From NCBI GenBank assembly GCA_963726745.1, contig CAVSDR010000006.1, forward strand, positions 480,001 through 544,000: DNA of 64,000 nt. The letters run 5' to 3'. Below, one piece after another: positions 50,008-60,939 of the stretch (its first letter is position 1; each line of letters opens with the position of its first letter). The notes under the pieces are model-generated. The model was not told the DNA's origin. It ran no database searches and was given only the letters and a program-made list of their open reading frames with translations. Origin of the DNA: an uncultured Verrucomicrobiae bacterium (GTDB lineage: Bacteria > Verrucomicrobiota > Verrucomicrobiia > Chthoniobacterales > UBA10450). Both the position numbers and the translations under genes were made by a program.

Positions 50008-51433
50008 ATGGCCCACGAAATTAAATCCCCCTCCGATGTTTCGAAGTTGATCAAGGACCGCGAGGTCAAGTTGATCGACTTCAAGTTCACCGACCTGCCG
50101 GGGAGCTGGCAGCATTTCACGACCACGCTCACGGAATACAACGAGGAGATCTTCAGCGAAGGCCTCGGCTTTGATGGCTCCTCGATCCGCGGCTGGCGCG
50201 CGATCAATGCCAGCGACATGCTCGTGATCCCCGATCCGTCGACGGCCTGGATCGATCCCTTCAACGCCGAGCCGACGCTCTCGCTCATCTGCACGATCGT
50301 CGACCCGATCACGCGCGAGCCCTACGACCGCGACCCGCGCGGTGTGGCCGAAAAGGCCGAGGCGTATTTGCAATCCACCGGCATCGCCGATGTCGCCTCC
50401 TTCGGGCCGGAGGCGGAGTTTTTCATCTTCGACGAAGTGCGATTCAACTACACGAACAACTCCTCGTTCCACCTGGTCGACAGCGTCGAAGGTCACTGGA
50501 ATAGCGGGAAAGAAGAGTTCCCGAATTTAGGCTACAAGATCCGCGCGAAGGAGGGTTATTTCCCGGTCTCGCCCGCGGATACCCAGCAGGACATTCGCAA
50601 CGAGATGTGCCTCGAGCTCGAGAAAGCCGGCATCCCGATCGAGCGCCAGCACCACGAAGTCGCCACCGCCGGCCAGGCTGAGATCGACATCCGTTTCGCC
50701 CCGATGAAGCAGATGGGCGACTGGATGCAGGTACTACAAATACATCATCCGAAACGTGGCCAAGCGGCACGGCAAAACCGTCACCTTCATGCCCAAGCCA
50801 CTCTTCGGCGACAACGGCTCGGGGATGCACACGCACATGTCGCTCTGGAAAGAGGGCCAGCCGCTTTTTGCCGGCAACGGCTACGCCGGACTCTCGGAGA
50901 TGGCGCTCTTTTTCATCGGCGGCATCCTGCGTCACGCGCCCGCGCTTACCTGCATTACCAATCCCACGACGAACAGCTACAAACGCCTCGTCCCCGGTTA
51001 CGAGGCACCGGTAAATCTGGCCTACTCCGCGCGTAATCGCTCCGCCGCGATCCGCATTCCGACTTACTCCTCGAACCCGAAGTCGAAGCGAGTCGAGTTC
51101 CGCACCCCCGATCCGGCGGCCAATCCCTACGTCGCCTTCGCCGCGCTCCTGCTCGCCGGCCTCGATGGCATCCAGAACCGCATCGACCCGGGCGATCCGC
51201 TGGACAAGAACCTCTACGAGCTGCCGCCGGAAGAACTGGCACAGGTTCCGAGCGTGCCGGACTCGTTAGGCGGAGCCGTGCAGGCGCTGCGCGACGATCA
51301 CCAGTTCCTGCTCAAGGGCGACGTTTTTAACAGCGATTTCATCAGCAACTGGTGCGAGATGAAGCAAAAGGAATACGACACGCTTCGTTTGCGCCCGCAT
51401 CCCTACGAGTTTGCGATGTATTTCGACGTCTAG
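50008..51433 (+). CDS. glnA: Type I glutamine synthetase; frameshift near 50735
   Basis: [31 protein letters not shown]; then [43 protein letters not shown]. Confidence 0.96.
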
Positions 51434-51487
51434 GCCGTCCGAGGGCACGCTTCCCAAGCGCCCGGCTTTAGCCTACAACCTCAAGAC

Positions 51488-51889
51488 ATGCCTTCGCCTC
51501 GCGCACTCGCTTTCCTCCTCCTGCTCGCCCTGGCCACGCCCGCTTTTGCCGGCGAGTTCCACTTCTTCCGGCCGCGCGATCCGCTCATGCCGCGCGACTC
51601 CTGGGGCGAGTTGCATCGCAGCCCAAACCTGAACGAGACCGACTTCGCACCGAAGGAAAGCTGGCGCCTCTTCTACTACAGCAAGTCGCGCAAGGTGCTG
51701 GCGAACGACGTCTACTACACCGCCCGCCTGCAGGAGGCGCTCCAGCGCAATGGCTACTTCTGCGGCGCGATCGATGGCATCTACAGCACCGATGTGAGCG
51801 AGGCGATCGCGCGCCTGCAAAAAAATTACAATATGAAAGTCACCGGCACCCTGACCGTGCCCGTGCGCCGCGCACTCTTCCTGCCCTGA
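51488..51889 (+). CDS. Secreted peptidoglycan-binding-domain protein
   Basis: Signal peptide; LQEALQRNGYFCGAIDGIY..AIARLQ..VTG. Confidence 0.75.
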   Translation: MPSPRALAFLLLLALATPAFAGEFHFFRPRDPLMPRDSWGELHRSPNLNETDFAPKESWRLFYYSKSRKVLANDVYYTARLQEALQRNGYFCGAIDGIYSTDVSEAIARLQKNYNMKVTGTLTVPVRRALFLP

Positions 51890-51943
51890 GCTGCGGCCGG
51901 TTAAAAGCCTTGCATCTTGCCCTCGCAGCCTGACTCTTGACCC

Positions 51944-52261
51944 ATGAGCACGCTCGCTTTCATGAACCTCGGCGGCCAGGAGTTGATTCTCATCCTTCTG
52001 ATCGTGCTGGTTCTTTTTGGCTCCAAGAAATTGCCCGAGCTGGCGCGCGGCATGGGCCAGGCAATCAAGGAATTTTCCAAGGCCAAGGACGAGTTTAGCG
52101 ACGAGTTGCACAAGGCCGGGAAAGATGACGTGGCCAAGGGGCCGGAAGTCCGGCCGGCACCCGCGGCGCTGCCGCGAATCGGCGATGCCAACGCGACCGC
52201 GATCGATCCCACGCGCGATCCCGCGCAGGCGCCGGTGACCGATCGTCCCGGGCAATCCTAG
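51944..52261 (+). CDS. tatA: Twin-arginine translocase TatA/E
   Basis: [36 protein letters not shown]. Confidence 0.93.
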   Translation: MSTLAFMNLGGQELILILLIVLVLFGSKKLPELARGMGQAIKEFSKAKDEFSDELHKAGKDDVAKGPEVRPAPAALPRIGDANATAIDPTRDPAQAPVTDRPGQS

Positions 52262-52334
52262 CAGCCCGCGCCGCCGGTTGACGCACGCCGCCGCTTACGA
52301 CACCTTGCGCGCTTCCGCGCCCGCTATTCCCATC

Positions 52335-52610
52335 ATGCCTGAGCCCGATCTCCGCCGCCAAATCAAGGACATGCTTGTGAAGAATCTCATGCTCCAGGTG
52401 ACCGCGGAGGAAATAACCGACGAGATGCCGCTCTTCGGCCCCGGCGGCCTCGGGCTGGATTCGATCGACGCCCTCGAGCTCGTCGTGAGCATGGAGAAAA
52501 CTTTCGGCGTCGGCGTGCCCAATTCCGAAGTCGCCGGCAAAGCGCTCCAGAATGTGAACACGATCCACGATTACATCGTGGAGAAACAGCAGACGCCGGC
52601 GCAGGCCTGA
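52335..52610 (+). CDS. Acyl carrier protein-like
   Basis: PLFGPGGLGLDSIDALEL (phosphopantetheine Ser); acidic, about 91 aa. Confidence 0.88.
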   Translation: MPEPDLRRQIKDMLVKNLMLQVTAEEITDEMPLFGPGGLGLDSIDALELVVSMEKTFGVGVPNSEVAGKALQNVNTIHDYIVEKQQTPAQA

Positions 52611-52623
52611 GCGTTTCCGCTCG

Positions 52624-53700
52624 TTAGTCCGCGCGCTCCGCGAGGTTGATCGCATCGATCAACTGCCGGAAACGCGCGAAGCTCCGCCGGTGTGGGGCCA
52701 CGATCAGGCGCGGCAAATCCCAGATCGCCGGCTCATTTTTCTCCTGCCGCAACGCCGTGCCCTGGGCGATCTCGCCCGTGCGGATGATGTCGGCAAAATC
52801 GCGATTTAACTGCGCCACCGCCGCCGGTGTGAGCTGGTGCAACATCCGCAAAACCATCTGGTCGCCCACCCAGCGGGCCGATTGATAGTTGGTGTAGAAT
52901 TCCACGATCTCCGCGACCGCTTCCTCCGCGCTGTGCACGATCTTGAAGAAGTGGAAATCCTCCTCGCTGATCAGTCCCAGCTTCAACAAGTGGTCGGTTA
53001 AAAATTTCATCCACGTTTCCCAGTAGTGGCCGTTCGGCTCGTCGATCATGACCACGGGGATGATCCGCGCCTTGCCCGTCTGCATGAGCGTGAGCACCTC
53101 GAAGCCCTCGTCCATCGTCCCGAAGCCGCCGGGGAAAAGCGCGAGCGCGTGCGTTTCCTTCACGAAGTTGAGCTTGCGGGTGAAGAAGTAATTGAAGTTC
53201 ACCAGCTTCGAGTCGCCGTGAATGGTCTCGTTCGCGCGCTGCTCGAAGGGCAGGCGGATGTTCAACCCGAAGCTGTGCTCGCGCCCCGCGCCGCGCTGCG
53301 CCGCGCCCATGATTCCGTCGCCCCCGCCGGTGATGACCATGTAATTCTGCGCCACAATCTGTCGGGCGAATTCCTCCGCCACCTGGTAGTCCGGCGCCGA
53401 GGGGAGCGTGCGCGCGGAACCGAAGACGCAGACCTTCCGGAACTCGCGATAGCCCGCAAACATCTTCGCCGCGTAGCGCATTTCCTTGAGCGAGCGGTTC
53501 ATCAATTTCAGGTCCGCCGTGCCCATCTTGTCGCGCGCCATCTTCAGTGCGGTGATGATCATTTCCTCGACCAGCTCCGGGGATTTTGGCGCCCCCCAGT
53601 CGGCCACCAGTTGATGAATGCGTTCGTCCCATTCCGCGCCTAACGAGGACTGCCGGCGGGTGGGTTGGTCGTGCGTGATGCCTGTAGCGAAGTCGTCCAC
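52624..53700 (-). CDS. LOG family (TIGR00730-like) nucleotide monophosphate nucleosidase
   Basis: VCVFGSART, TGGGDGIMGA, LPFEQ, YFFTRK, PGGFGTMDE. Confidence 0.88.
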   Translation of the reverse strand: MDDFATGITHDQPTRRQSSLGAEWDERIHQLVADWGAPKSPELVEEMIITALKMARDKMGTADLKLMNRSLKEMRYAAKMFAGYREFRKVCVFGSARTLPSAPDYQVAEEFARQIVAQNYMVITGGGDGIMGAAQRGAGREHSFGLNIRLPFEQRANETIHGDSKLVNFNYFFTRKLNFVKETHALALFPGGFGTMDEGFEVLTLMQTGKARIIPVVMIDEPNGHYWETWMKFLTDHLLKLGLISEEDFHFFKIVHSAEEAVAEIVEFYTNYQSARWVGDQMVLRMLHQLTPAAVAQLNRDFADIIRTGEIAQGTALRQEKNEPAIWDLPRLIVAPHRRSFARFRQLIDAINLAERAD

Positions 53701-53743
53701 GGCGCGGATTTTCCGTGAGAAGCGCGTCCGCGCACAGCAAAAT

Positions 53744-54607
53744 CTAGCGGGCGGCGTCGAGCAGATCGCTCAGGATTTCGCTCATGTGTCGGATCGGGAG
53801 CGAATAATGCCCCGCTTCCGGCACGATCCGCAGCCGGCACTTTGGGAAGCGCGCGGCCACTTCCTCCGCGAGGCGAAAGGAGAACGCGCGATCGTGCGTC
53901 CCGTGCCACAGGCGCACCGGCACGCGGATTTCCTCCAGCGGGAAACCCCACGGCTGCGCGTAGATTTCCGCATCCGCGAGCACGCCCGCGACCGAGGCGC
54001 GCCAGGCGCGGCGCGAACTCTCGAAGCAGGCATTGAAGGCCTCGCGATCGCGCAGGACTTCCGCCTCCAGCGGTTGCAGCGTTCGCAGCATCATCGGCTG
54101 CGGCCAGCGAATCGCCGCCAACGGCCCGGCAACGTGAAAAAAGGCGCGCAGCAAACGTGGCGAACGCGCCTGCAGCGCGAGCAACCAGCGATACAAGCGC
54201 AAGAGGCCGGCGCGATCCTTCAACTCCGCGATCGGCGGCGCGCCGCTCACCAGTGCGATCGCCTCGACCGCCTCCGGCATCGCCCAGGCGGTCGCGCAGG
54301 CGTAGGGCGCCCCGCCGGAAATAGCCAGCACGCTCAGCCGTTCAATCCCGAGATGATCCATCAGCGCGCGCACCAGCGGCGGCCAGCCGAGGAGCGTGCG
54401 CCCCGGCTCGAAAGACGACTCGCTGATCCCCGGCCGGTCCGGCGAGAGGATGCGCACTCCGAGCGCCTCGGCCGCTGCACTCGTTAGGCGGGCCATCCCC
54501 CGCGAGCTCGGCCAGCCGTGGCAAAAGAGCACCGGCCGTCCCGCGGGATCGCCAAACTCCTCCCACGCGAGCTCTCGGCCGTGCGCGAGTTGCAGCTTCA
54601 CCGGCAC
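53744..54607 (-). CDS. Alpha/beta hydrolase
   Basis: FCHGWPSSR, PDRPGISES, AISGGAPYA nucleophile elbow, WHGTHD, GH. Confidence 0.88.
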   Translation of the reverse strand: MPVKLQLAHGRELAWEEFGDPAGRPVLFCHGWPSSRGMARLTSAAAEALGVRILSPDRPGISESSFEPGRTLLGWPPLVRALMDHLGIERLSVLAISGGAPYACATAWAMPEAVEAIALVSGAPPIAELKDRAGLLRLYRWLLALQARSPRLLRAFFHVAGPLAAIRWPQPMMLRTLQPLEAEVLRDREAFNACFESSRRAWRASVAGVLADAEIYAQPWGFPLEEIRVPVRLWHGTHDRAFSFRLAEEVAARFPKCRLRIVPEAGHYSLPIRHMSEILSDLLDAAR

Positions 54608-54708
54608 AGACTAAGGCCGCGTCAGAAAAGTTGCGCCCGCCGAATGCGGGTCGAAGTTTTCCGGACAAGGAGGCGAACAGGCTGCATCCCTGTTTCGTAA
54701 TAGTTGAT

Positions 54709-55095
54709 ATGAACGAGCAATCGCATTCGGATCTCGGGAGAATTTCGGTCCACGGCAATGGCATGGGCGCACCCACGCCGGAGATGGTCGAAAAGCGCGC
54801 GCGTGAGATCGCTTTGATCAACGAGCGCAAACCCGACGAATACACCGACGGCGATTGGGACCAGGCCCGCCTCGAGCTTCTCGGGCGCGCGCCCGCGGAG
54901 GACGCCGACGAATTAGCCGACCACTTGAGCGAGCGCGACGAGCAGCTCGGCGAGCACGGCCATCGCGCTCCGCGCAACGGCGGTTACGAGGACGAGGAAT
55001 CCATCGGCGAACAGCTCGTGAGCGATGGCGTCGAAGAAGCCGAGCACGACCAGATGGTCGAAGCCGCGCGCGAAGACCAGGAACAGGAAGGCTGA
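54709..55095 (+). CDS. Acidic hypothetical protein with DUF2934-like motif
   Basis: VEKRAREIA..DWDQARLEL followed by a D/E-rich tail. Confidence 0.65.
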   Translation: MNEQSHSDLGRISVHGNGMGAPTPEMVEKRAREIALINERKPDEYTDGDWDQARLELLGRAPAEDADELADHLSERDEQLGEHGHRAPRNGGYEDEESIGEQLVSDGVEEAEHDQMVEAAREDQEQEG

Positions 55096-55116
55096 TTCCG
55101 CTTGAGTGTTTCCCCC

Positions 55117-56421
55117 ATGGCGATGGCGCCCGCATCGGGCAAAAGCGAGCGCACGCTTGCTGCTCGCCGTGGAGACTTGATCGCGCGCTTCCGCGGCGTT
55201 CGCGATTTTTCCACGCGGCTCACACGCGGGCTGCAGCCGGAGGATTGCGTGGTGCAATCGATGCCCGACGCCAGCCCCACGAAGTGGCACCTGGCGCACA
55301 CCAGCTGGTTCTTCGAGACCTTCGTTCTCAAGACTTGGGCGCCCGACTACCGCTCGCTCGTCCCGGAGTATGCCTTCCTTTTTAATTCCTACTACAATGC
55401 CGCCGGCTCGATGCATCGGCGCGATCTGCGCGGGTTGATCTCGCGCCCGACCCTCGGCGAAACGCGCGAGTTTCGCGCCTCGATCGACGCCGCGGTAGTG
55501 CAGCTCTTGGAACAGGCGGACGAGGCTTTGCTCGCGGAAATCGAGCCCGTGCTTGTGCTGGGCTTTCACCACGAGCAGCAGCACCAGGAACTTCTCCTGA
55601 CCGACATCAAGCACGCCTTCGCGCAAAATCCGCTGCATCCGGTCTTCGAGGAAAGTGCGCAGGGACCGAAAGCGACGCCGGTGCCGCCGCTCCAGTTCGT
55701 CACCTTCGAGGAAGCGACCGTGCTCATCGGCCATCACGGCTCAGACTTTTCCTACGATAACGAAGGCCCGCGGCATCGTGCTTTAGTCGGCGCCTTCTCG
55801 CTCGCGACCCGCCCGATCACGAATGGCGAATGGATCGAATTCATCGAGGCGGGCGGCTACGAACGGCCGGAACTTTGGCTCTCGTTAGGCTGGACCACCG
55901 TGGGCGAGCAGCGCTGGGAGGCGCCGCTCTATTGGGAAAAACGCGACGGCGCGTGGTGGAATTTCACCCTCTCCGGCTTCCGCCCGGTCGCGCCGAACGA
56001 ACCCGTGACCCACATCAGTTATTTCGAAGCGGACGCCTTTGCGAACTGGCAAGGCGCGCGGCTCCCGACCGAATTTGAATGGGAACGCGCCGCGGCTGAG
56101 TTGGAAATAGCCGGCAACTTCGTCAACGGGCATCGCTTCCACCCCGCCCCGGTTTCGCCGGACGAAAACGGGGAGTTGCGGCAGATGTTTGGCGACGTTT
56201 GGGAGTGGACGCGCAGCGCCTACCTCCCCTACCCCGGCTACCGCGCCGCGCCCGGCGCGCTCGGCGAATACAACGGCAAATTCATGATGAACCAGATGGT
56301 CTTGCGCGGCGGTTCCTGCGCCACCTCGCGGGATCACCTCCGCGCGACCTATCGCAATTTCTTCCAACCGGAAAAACGCTGGCAATTCACCGGCCTGCGC
56401 CTCGCGCGCGACTTGCAATGA
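55117..56421 (+). CDS. egtB: Ergothioneine biosynthesis sulfoxide synthase
   Basis: QSMPDASPTKWHLAHTSWFFETF, FNSYY, RGLISRP, HHEQQHQELL; C-terminal FGE-sulfatase domain (RLPTEFEWE, GDVWEWT, LRGGS). Confidence 0.93.
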   Translation: MAMAPASGKSERTLAARRGDLIARFRGVRDFSTRLTRGLQPEDCVVQSMPDASPTKWHLAHTSWFFETFVLKTWAPDYRSLVPEYAFLFNSYYNAAGSMHRRDLRGLISRPTLGETREFRASIDAAVVQLLEQADEALLAEIEPVLVLGFHHEQQHQELLLTDIKHAFAQNPLHPVFEESAQGPKATPVPPLQFVTFEEATVLIGHHGSDFSYDNEGPRHRALVGAFSLATRPITNGEWIEFIEAGGYERPELWLSLGWTTVGEQRWEAPLYWEKRDGAWWNFTLSGFRPVAPNEPVTHISYFEADAFANWQGARLPTEFEWERAAAELEIAGNFVNGHRFHPAPVSPDENGELRQMFGDVWEWTRSAYLPYPGYRAAPGALGEYNGKFMMNQMVLRGGSCATSRDHLRATYRNFFQPEKRWQFTGLRLARDLQ

Positions 56422-57392
56422 AGGCCGCCCATGGCCCCGCCGTGCTCGATCTGGAGCCGGCTTCCTCGGACTTTCTCGCCCAGGCGTTGGCTGGCCTTTC
56501 GGCCTCGCCGCGCACCCTGCCCTCGAAATTTTTCTACGATGAGCGCGGCTCGGATCTCTTCCTGGAAATTTGCGAACTGCCTGAGTATTACGTCACCCGC
56601 ACGGAGTTCGAAATCTTGCGCGCGCATGGCGCCGAGATGGCCGCATCCATCGGTGCAAATGCGGAGCTCGTCGGCTTCGGCACTGGCGCGGGCGCGAAGA
56701 CCCGGCTGCTGCTCGACTACCTGGAAAACCCGATCGCCTACCTGCCGGTCGATATCTCCAAGCAGCGCCTGACCGATTCTGCCGAGGAACTCAGCCGGGC
56801 GATGCCCGAGCTGGAGATTTTGCCCGTCTGCGCAGATTACCTGCAGCCGATTCAATTGCCGACGCCTTCGCGCGAGCCGGAGCATATCGCCGTCTATTTT
56901 CCCGGCTCGACCATTGGCAACCTCGAGCCGGAAGTCGCACGGGATTTTCTGCGGCGCGTTTGCCGGCTTTGCGGCCACAGCGGCGGCTTGATCATCGGGG
57001 TGGACTTGCAGAAGCCGCTCGAGATTCTCCTGCCGGCCTACAACGATGCCGCGGGCGTGACTGCGGCCTTCAATCTCAATCTGCTCGTTAGGGCAAATCG
57101 CGAACTCGGAGCCGATTTCGAGTTATCGCAATGGGAACATCGCGCGGTCTATCAGGCCGAGCTGGGCCGCATCGAAATGCATCTGGTCAGCCGTGTTGCG
57201 CAGTCGGTTCACCTCGGCGGACGCAGCTTCGAATTTCGCTGCAGGGCGAATTCATCATCACCGAGTATTCGCACAAATACACCGTCGAAGGCTTTGCAGC
57301 CGCTCGCTGCCACCGCCGGCTTCCGCCTCTCGCGCACCTGGACCGATCCGCAGAAGCTCTTCGCGGTTTTCCACTTTGTGACTTGCGATTGA
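56418..57392 (+). CDS. egtD: Histidine N-alpha-trimethyltransferase; two compensating frameshifts at about 57240 and 57300
   Basis: [50 protein letters not shown]; the conserved TEYSHKY segment lies in another frame. Confidence 0.92.
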   Translation: MKAAHGPAVLDLEPASSDFLAQALAGLSASPRTLPSKFFYDERGSDLFLEICELPEYYVTRTEFEILRAHGAEMAASIGANAELVGFGTGAGAKTRLLLDYLENPIAYLPVDISKQRLTDSAEELSRAMPELEILPVCADYLQPIQLPTPSREPEHIAVYFPGSTIGNLEPEVARDFLRRVCRLCGHSGGLIIGVDLQKPLEILLPAYNDAAGVTAAFNLNLLVRANRELGADFELSQWEHRAVYQAELGRIEMHLVSRVAQSVHLGGRSFEFRCRANSSSPSIRTNTPSKALQPLAATAGFRLSRTWTDPQKLFAVFHFVTCD

Positions 57393-58118
57393 GCGCGCTG
57401 GTTCAGCTCCGCGGCGTCAGCAAAACTTACGGCCCGCACACCGCGCTGCACCCCACCGACCTCAGCTTCGAGCGCGGCCTCACGACCGTGCTCCTCGGGC
57501 CAAGCGGCTGTGGCAAGTCGACCCTCCTGCGCCTGGTCATTCGTCTGCTCGTGCCGGACGGCGGCACCATACAATTTGACGGCGAAACAGTCACCGCCGA
57601 GAGCGTGCGCGCGTTCCGCCATCGCACCGGCTACGTCATCCAGGATGGCGGGCTTTTCCCGCACCTGACCGCGCGCGATAATATTCTCCTGCTCGCGCGC
57701 CACTTGAAAAAATCGCCGGCGCTCGAAGAACTCTGCGCGCTTACGCGCTTCCCGGCAGACGCCCTCGGGCGCTACCCCGCGGAGCTCTCCGGTGGCCAAC
57801 GGCAGCGCGTGGGCCTGATGCGAGCGCTCGTGCTCTCGCCCGAATTGCTCCTGCTCGACGAGCCGCTGGGCGCGCTCGATCCACTCGTTAGGGCGTCGCT
57901 CCAAGCAGGACCTGCGGGAGATTTTCCAGCGGCTCCGGCAGACCACCATCTTGGTCACGCACGATCTCGCCGAGGCCGCTTATCTGGGCGACCAGATTGT
58001 GCTGATGAATGAAGGCCGCGTGGTCCAGCAAGGCACCTTCGCTGAACTGCGGGACCAGCCGGCGAGTTCCTTTGTGACCGACTTCATCAACGCACAGCGC
58101 CGCGTGTTGCTCGCATGA
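57389..58118 (+). CDS. ABC transporter ATPase, osmoprotectant (OpuA/ProV-like) type; frameshift near 57905
   Basis: [42 protein letters not shown]; after the shift [11 protein letters not shown] start overlaps the egtD stop. Confidence 0.88.
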
Positions 58119-59561
58119 AGGCGCTGCTTGTTTTCCTCCTCGCGGCCACGCCATCGGCGCAAACCATCACCGTTGGTTCGAAAAAATTTACCGAGTCCTA
58201 TGTGCTGGCCGAGATCGCGCAGCGCTCGTTAGGCGATGCGGGACTGGCCACGGAACACCGGCAAGGAATGGGCGGAACAATCATCCTCTGGCAGGCGCTG
58301 CGCAGTGGGCAAATCGATGTCTATCCGGAATACACCGGGACGATTGCGGAGGAAATTCTCCGGCGCGGCGGGCCGGTTTCGACGGAGGACCTGCGTGCCG
58401 CCCTGGCGCCGGAAGGCGTGGCGATGTCGCCCGAGCTCGGTTTCAACAACACCTATGCGCTGGTCATGCGCCGGGAAACCGCGGCCGCCAAAGGCATCCA
58501 CACCCTCAGCGACCTGCGCGCCCATCCGGAACTGGTCTTCGGTCTCACGCATGAATTCATCGAGCGCCGCGACGGCTGGCGGCCCCTGGCGGAGCGTTAC
58601 GGTTTCGCCGCGCGCGAGCTGCGCGGGATCGACCATGGGCTCGGCTACGCTGCGCTGCGGAACGGCTCGATTGACGTGAAGGACGCCTATTCCACGGATG
58701 CGAAAATTGCCGAAAACGATCTCGTGGCACTGGAGGACGACCTCCACTTTTTTCCGCAATACCAGGCGGTGTTCCTTTATCGGGCTGCGCTGCCGGCTGC
58801 GGCGCGCGCAGCCCTGGAAAAATTAGCCGGCACTTTGGACGAGCCGCGCATGATCCGGCTGAACGCCGAGGCCGAGCGCACGAAAAATTACGCGCGCGCC
58901 GCCGCGCTTTACTTTGGCAGCAACGACAAATTCGTTGCCGCCGGGCTCGCGGCCCAAGATCGCCCGCTGGACCGTGCGTCATCTCGAGCTGGCTGGCACG
59001 GCGCTGCTGCTCTCCATCGCCCTCGGCTTGCCGCTGGGCATCTGGGCCAGCCGCGGCGGTGCGGCCGGGCACGTGATTCTGTCCGTGACCAGCGCGGTGC
59101 AAACCATCCCGTCGCTCGCGCTCCTGGCGCTCCTCGTGCCGGTGCCGTTCTTCGGGATCAGCGCGCGCACCGCGATCGCCGCGCTCTTCCTTTACGGGCT
59201 GCTCCCGATCGTGCGCAACACCGCCAGCGGGCTGCAGGACATCGCGCCCGGCCTCCGCGAATCCGCCCGCGCCCTTGGCCTAACGAGCGGCGCGCGCCTC
59301 CGGCAAGTCTACCTGCCGCTGGCTTCGCGGACGATTTTAGCCGGCATCAAGACCAGTGCCGTGATCAACATCGGCACGGCCACACTCGCGGCCCTGATCG
59401 GCGCCGGCGGCCTGGGCGAGCCGATCATCAGCGGGCTGAACTTGAACGATCACGCCACCATCCTGCAGGGTGCGATCCCGGCTGCGGTGCTCGCGCTTCT
59501 GGTGCAGTGGTCGTTCGACTTGCTCGACCGCTTTTTGATTCCGCGGGGCCTGCGCTTATAG
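58115..59561 (+). CDS. Fused betaine-type substrate-binding protein + ABC permease; frameshift near 58940
   Basis: VGSKKFTESYVLAEI, DVYPEYTGT, GFNNTYAL (OpuAC/OsmF-like); then QTIPSLALL, LPIVRNT, ESARALG, LIGAGGLGEPI (permease). Confidence 0.85.
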
Positions 59562-59567
59562 GAAATC

Positions 59568-60932
59568 ATGGCAATCGCCTCGATCAACCCGGCGACCGGG
59601 GAAACGCTGCGCAAGTTTGACTCGTTAGACGAGGACGCGATCGAGGAAAAGTTGGCCCGGGCAGCGGCCGCGTTTGCGGAACATCGACGGACCACCTTTG
59701 CCGCGCGCACCAAGGCAATGCACGCGGCTGCGGAGCTGATGGAAACGGAAAGCGATTCCTACGCGCGCACGATCACGCTCGAAATGGGCAAGCCGATCGC
59801 GGCCGCGCGCGCCGAGGTCGAGAAATGCGCCAGCGCCTGCCGCTACTACGCGACTCACGCGGAGGACTTCCTGCGGCCGAAAGAGCAGCTCGCGGTCACC
59901 GGCCGGAATTACGTGCGCTGCGATCCACTCGGCCCGGTGCTCGCGATCATGCCGTGGAATTTTCCCTTCTGGCAGGTGGTGCGATTTGCCGCGCCGGCGC
60001 TCATGGCCGGCAACGTCGGCCTCTTGAAACACGCCGCGAATGTTCCGCAATGCGCGCTCGCCCTGGAGGAGATCTTCCGGCGCGCCGGCTTCCACCGGGA
60101 CGCTTTCCAAGCGCTCCTGATCGAGTCCGACCAGACGGCCGCGGTGATCGACGATCCGCGGGTCAAGGCGGTCACGCTCACCGGCAGCGAGCGCGCCGGC
60201 GCGGCGGTGGCGAGTCGCGCGGCGCGCCAGCTCAAGAAGAGCGTGCTCGAGCTCGGCGGGAGCGATCCCTTCGTGGTTATGCCGAGCGCCGACCTGGAAA
60301 AGGCCGCCGCGATCGGGGTGAAATCGCGCACGGTCAACAGCGGGCAATCGTGCATCGCGGCCAAGCGTTTCATCGTCGCGGAAGCAATCTACGGGCGCTA
60401 CGTCGAGCAGTTCGTGGCGCAAATGCGGGCGCTAAAAACCGGCGACCCGATGGAGGAAACGACCGAGCTCGGGCCGCTGGCCACGGAGGAAATCCGCGAG
60501 GGCGTGCACGAGCAGGTGCAAAAAACGATCGAGGCCGGGGCGAAGCTCTTGTTAGGCGGCCGGAAGCTGGAAGGTGCTGGCTATTTTTATGCGCCCACCG
60601 TCCTGGTCGATGTGCCGCCCGATTCGCCCGCGGCGCGCGATGAAATCTTCGGCCCGGTGGCGGCTTTCTTTCGCGTGGCGAACCTGGAGGAAGCGATCGC
60701 GCGCGCGAACGACACGCCCTTCGGGCTCGGGGCGAACGCCTGGACAAATGACCCCGCGGAGCAGGAGCGTTTCGCGGTCGAACTGGAGGCCGGCCTGGTT
60801 TTCATCAATGGGATGGTCGCATCGCAACCGCACCTGCCGTTTGGCGGGGTGAAGCGTTCCGGCTTTGGGCGGGAGCTCGGGAGCGAAGGGATTCGCGAGT
60901 TTGTGAATGTGAAGACGGTCGTCGTAGCCTAA
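59568..60932 (+). CDS. NAD(P)-dependent succinate-semialdehyde dehydrogenase-like aldehyde dehydrogenase
   Basis: [57 protein letters not shown]. Confidence 0.9.
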   Translation: MAIASINPATGETLRKFDSLDEDAIEEKLARAAAAFAEHRRTTFAARTKAMHAAAELMETESDSYARTITLEMGKPIAAARAEVEKCASACRYYATHAEDFLRPKEQLAVTGRNYVRCDPLGPVLAIMPWNFPFWQVVRFAAPALMAGNVGLLKHAANVPQCALALEEIFRRAGFHRDAFQALLIESDQTAAVIDDPRVKAVTLTGSERAGAAVASRAARQLKKSVLELGGSDPFVVMPSADLEKAAAIGVKSRTVNSGQSCIAAKRFIVAEAIYGRYVEQFVAQMRALKTGDPMEETTELGPLATEEIREGVHEQVQKTIEAGAKLLLGGRKLEGAGYFYAPTVLVDVPPDSPAARDEIFGPVAAFFRVANLEEAIARANDTPFGLGANAWTNDPAEQERFAVELEAGLVFINGMVASQPHLPFGGVKRSGFGRELGSEGIREFVNVKTVVVA

Positions 60933-60939
60933 CGACCTC

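Noticed and set aside
55117..56421. Selenoneine (SenA) or ovothiol (OvoA) synthase
   Set aside because: No senB/selD-like neighbours and no C-terminal methyltransferase domain; the adjacent egtD supports EgtB.
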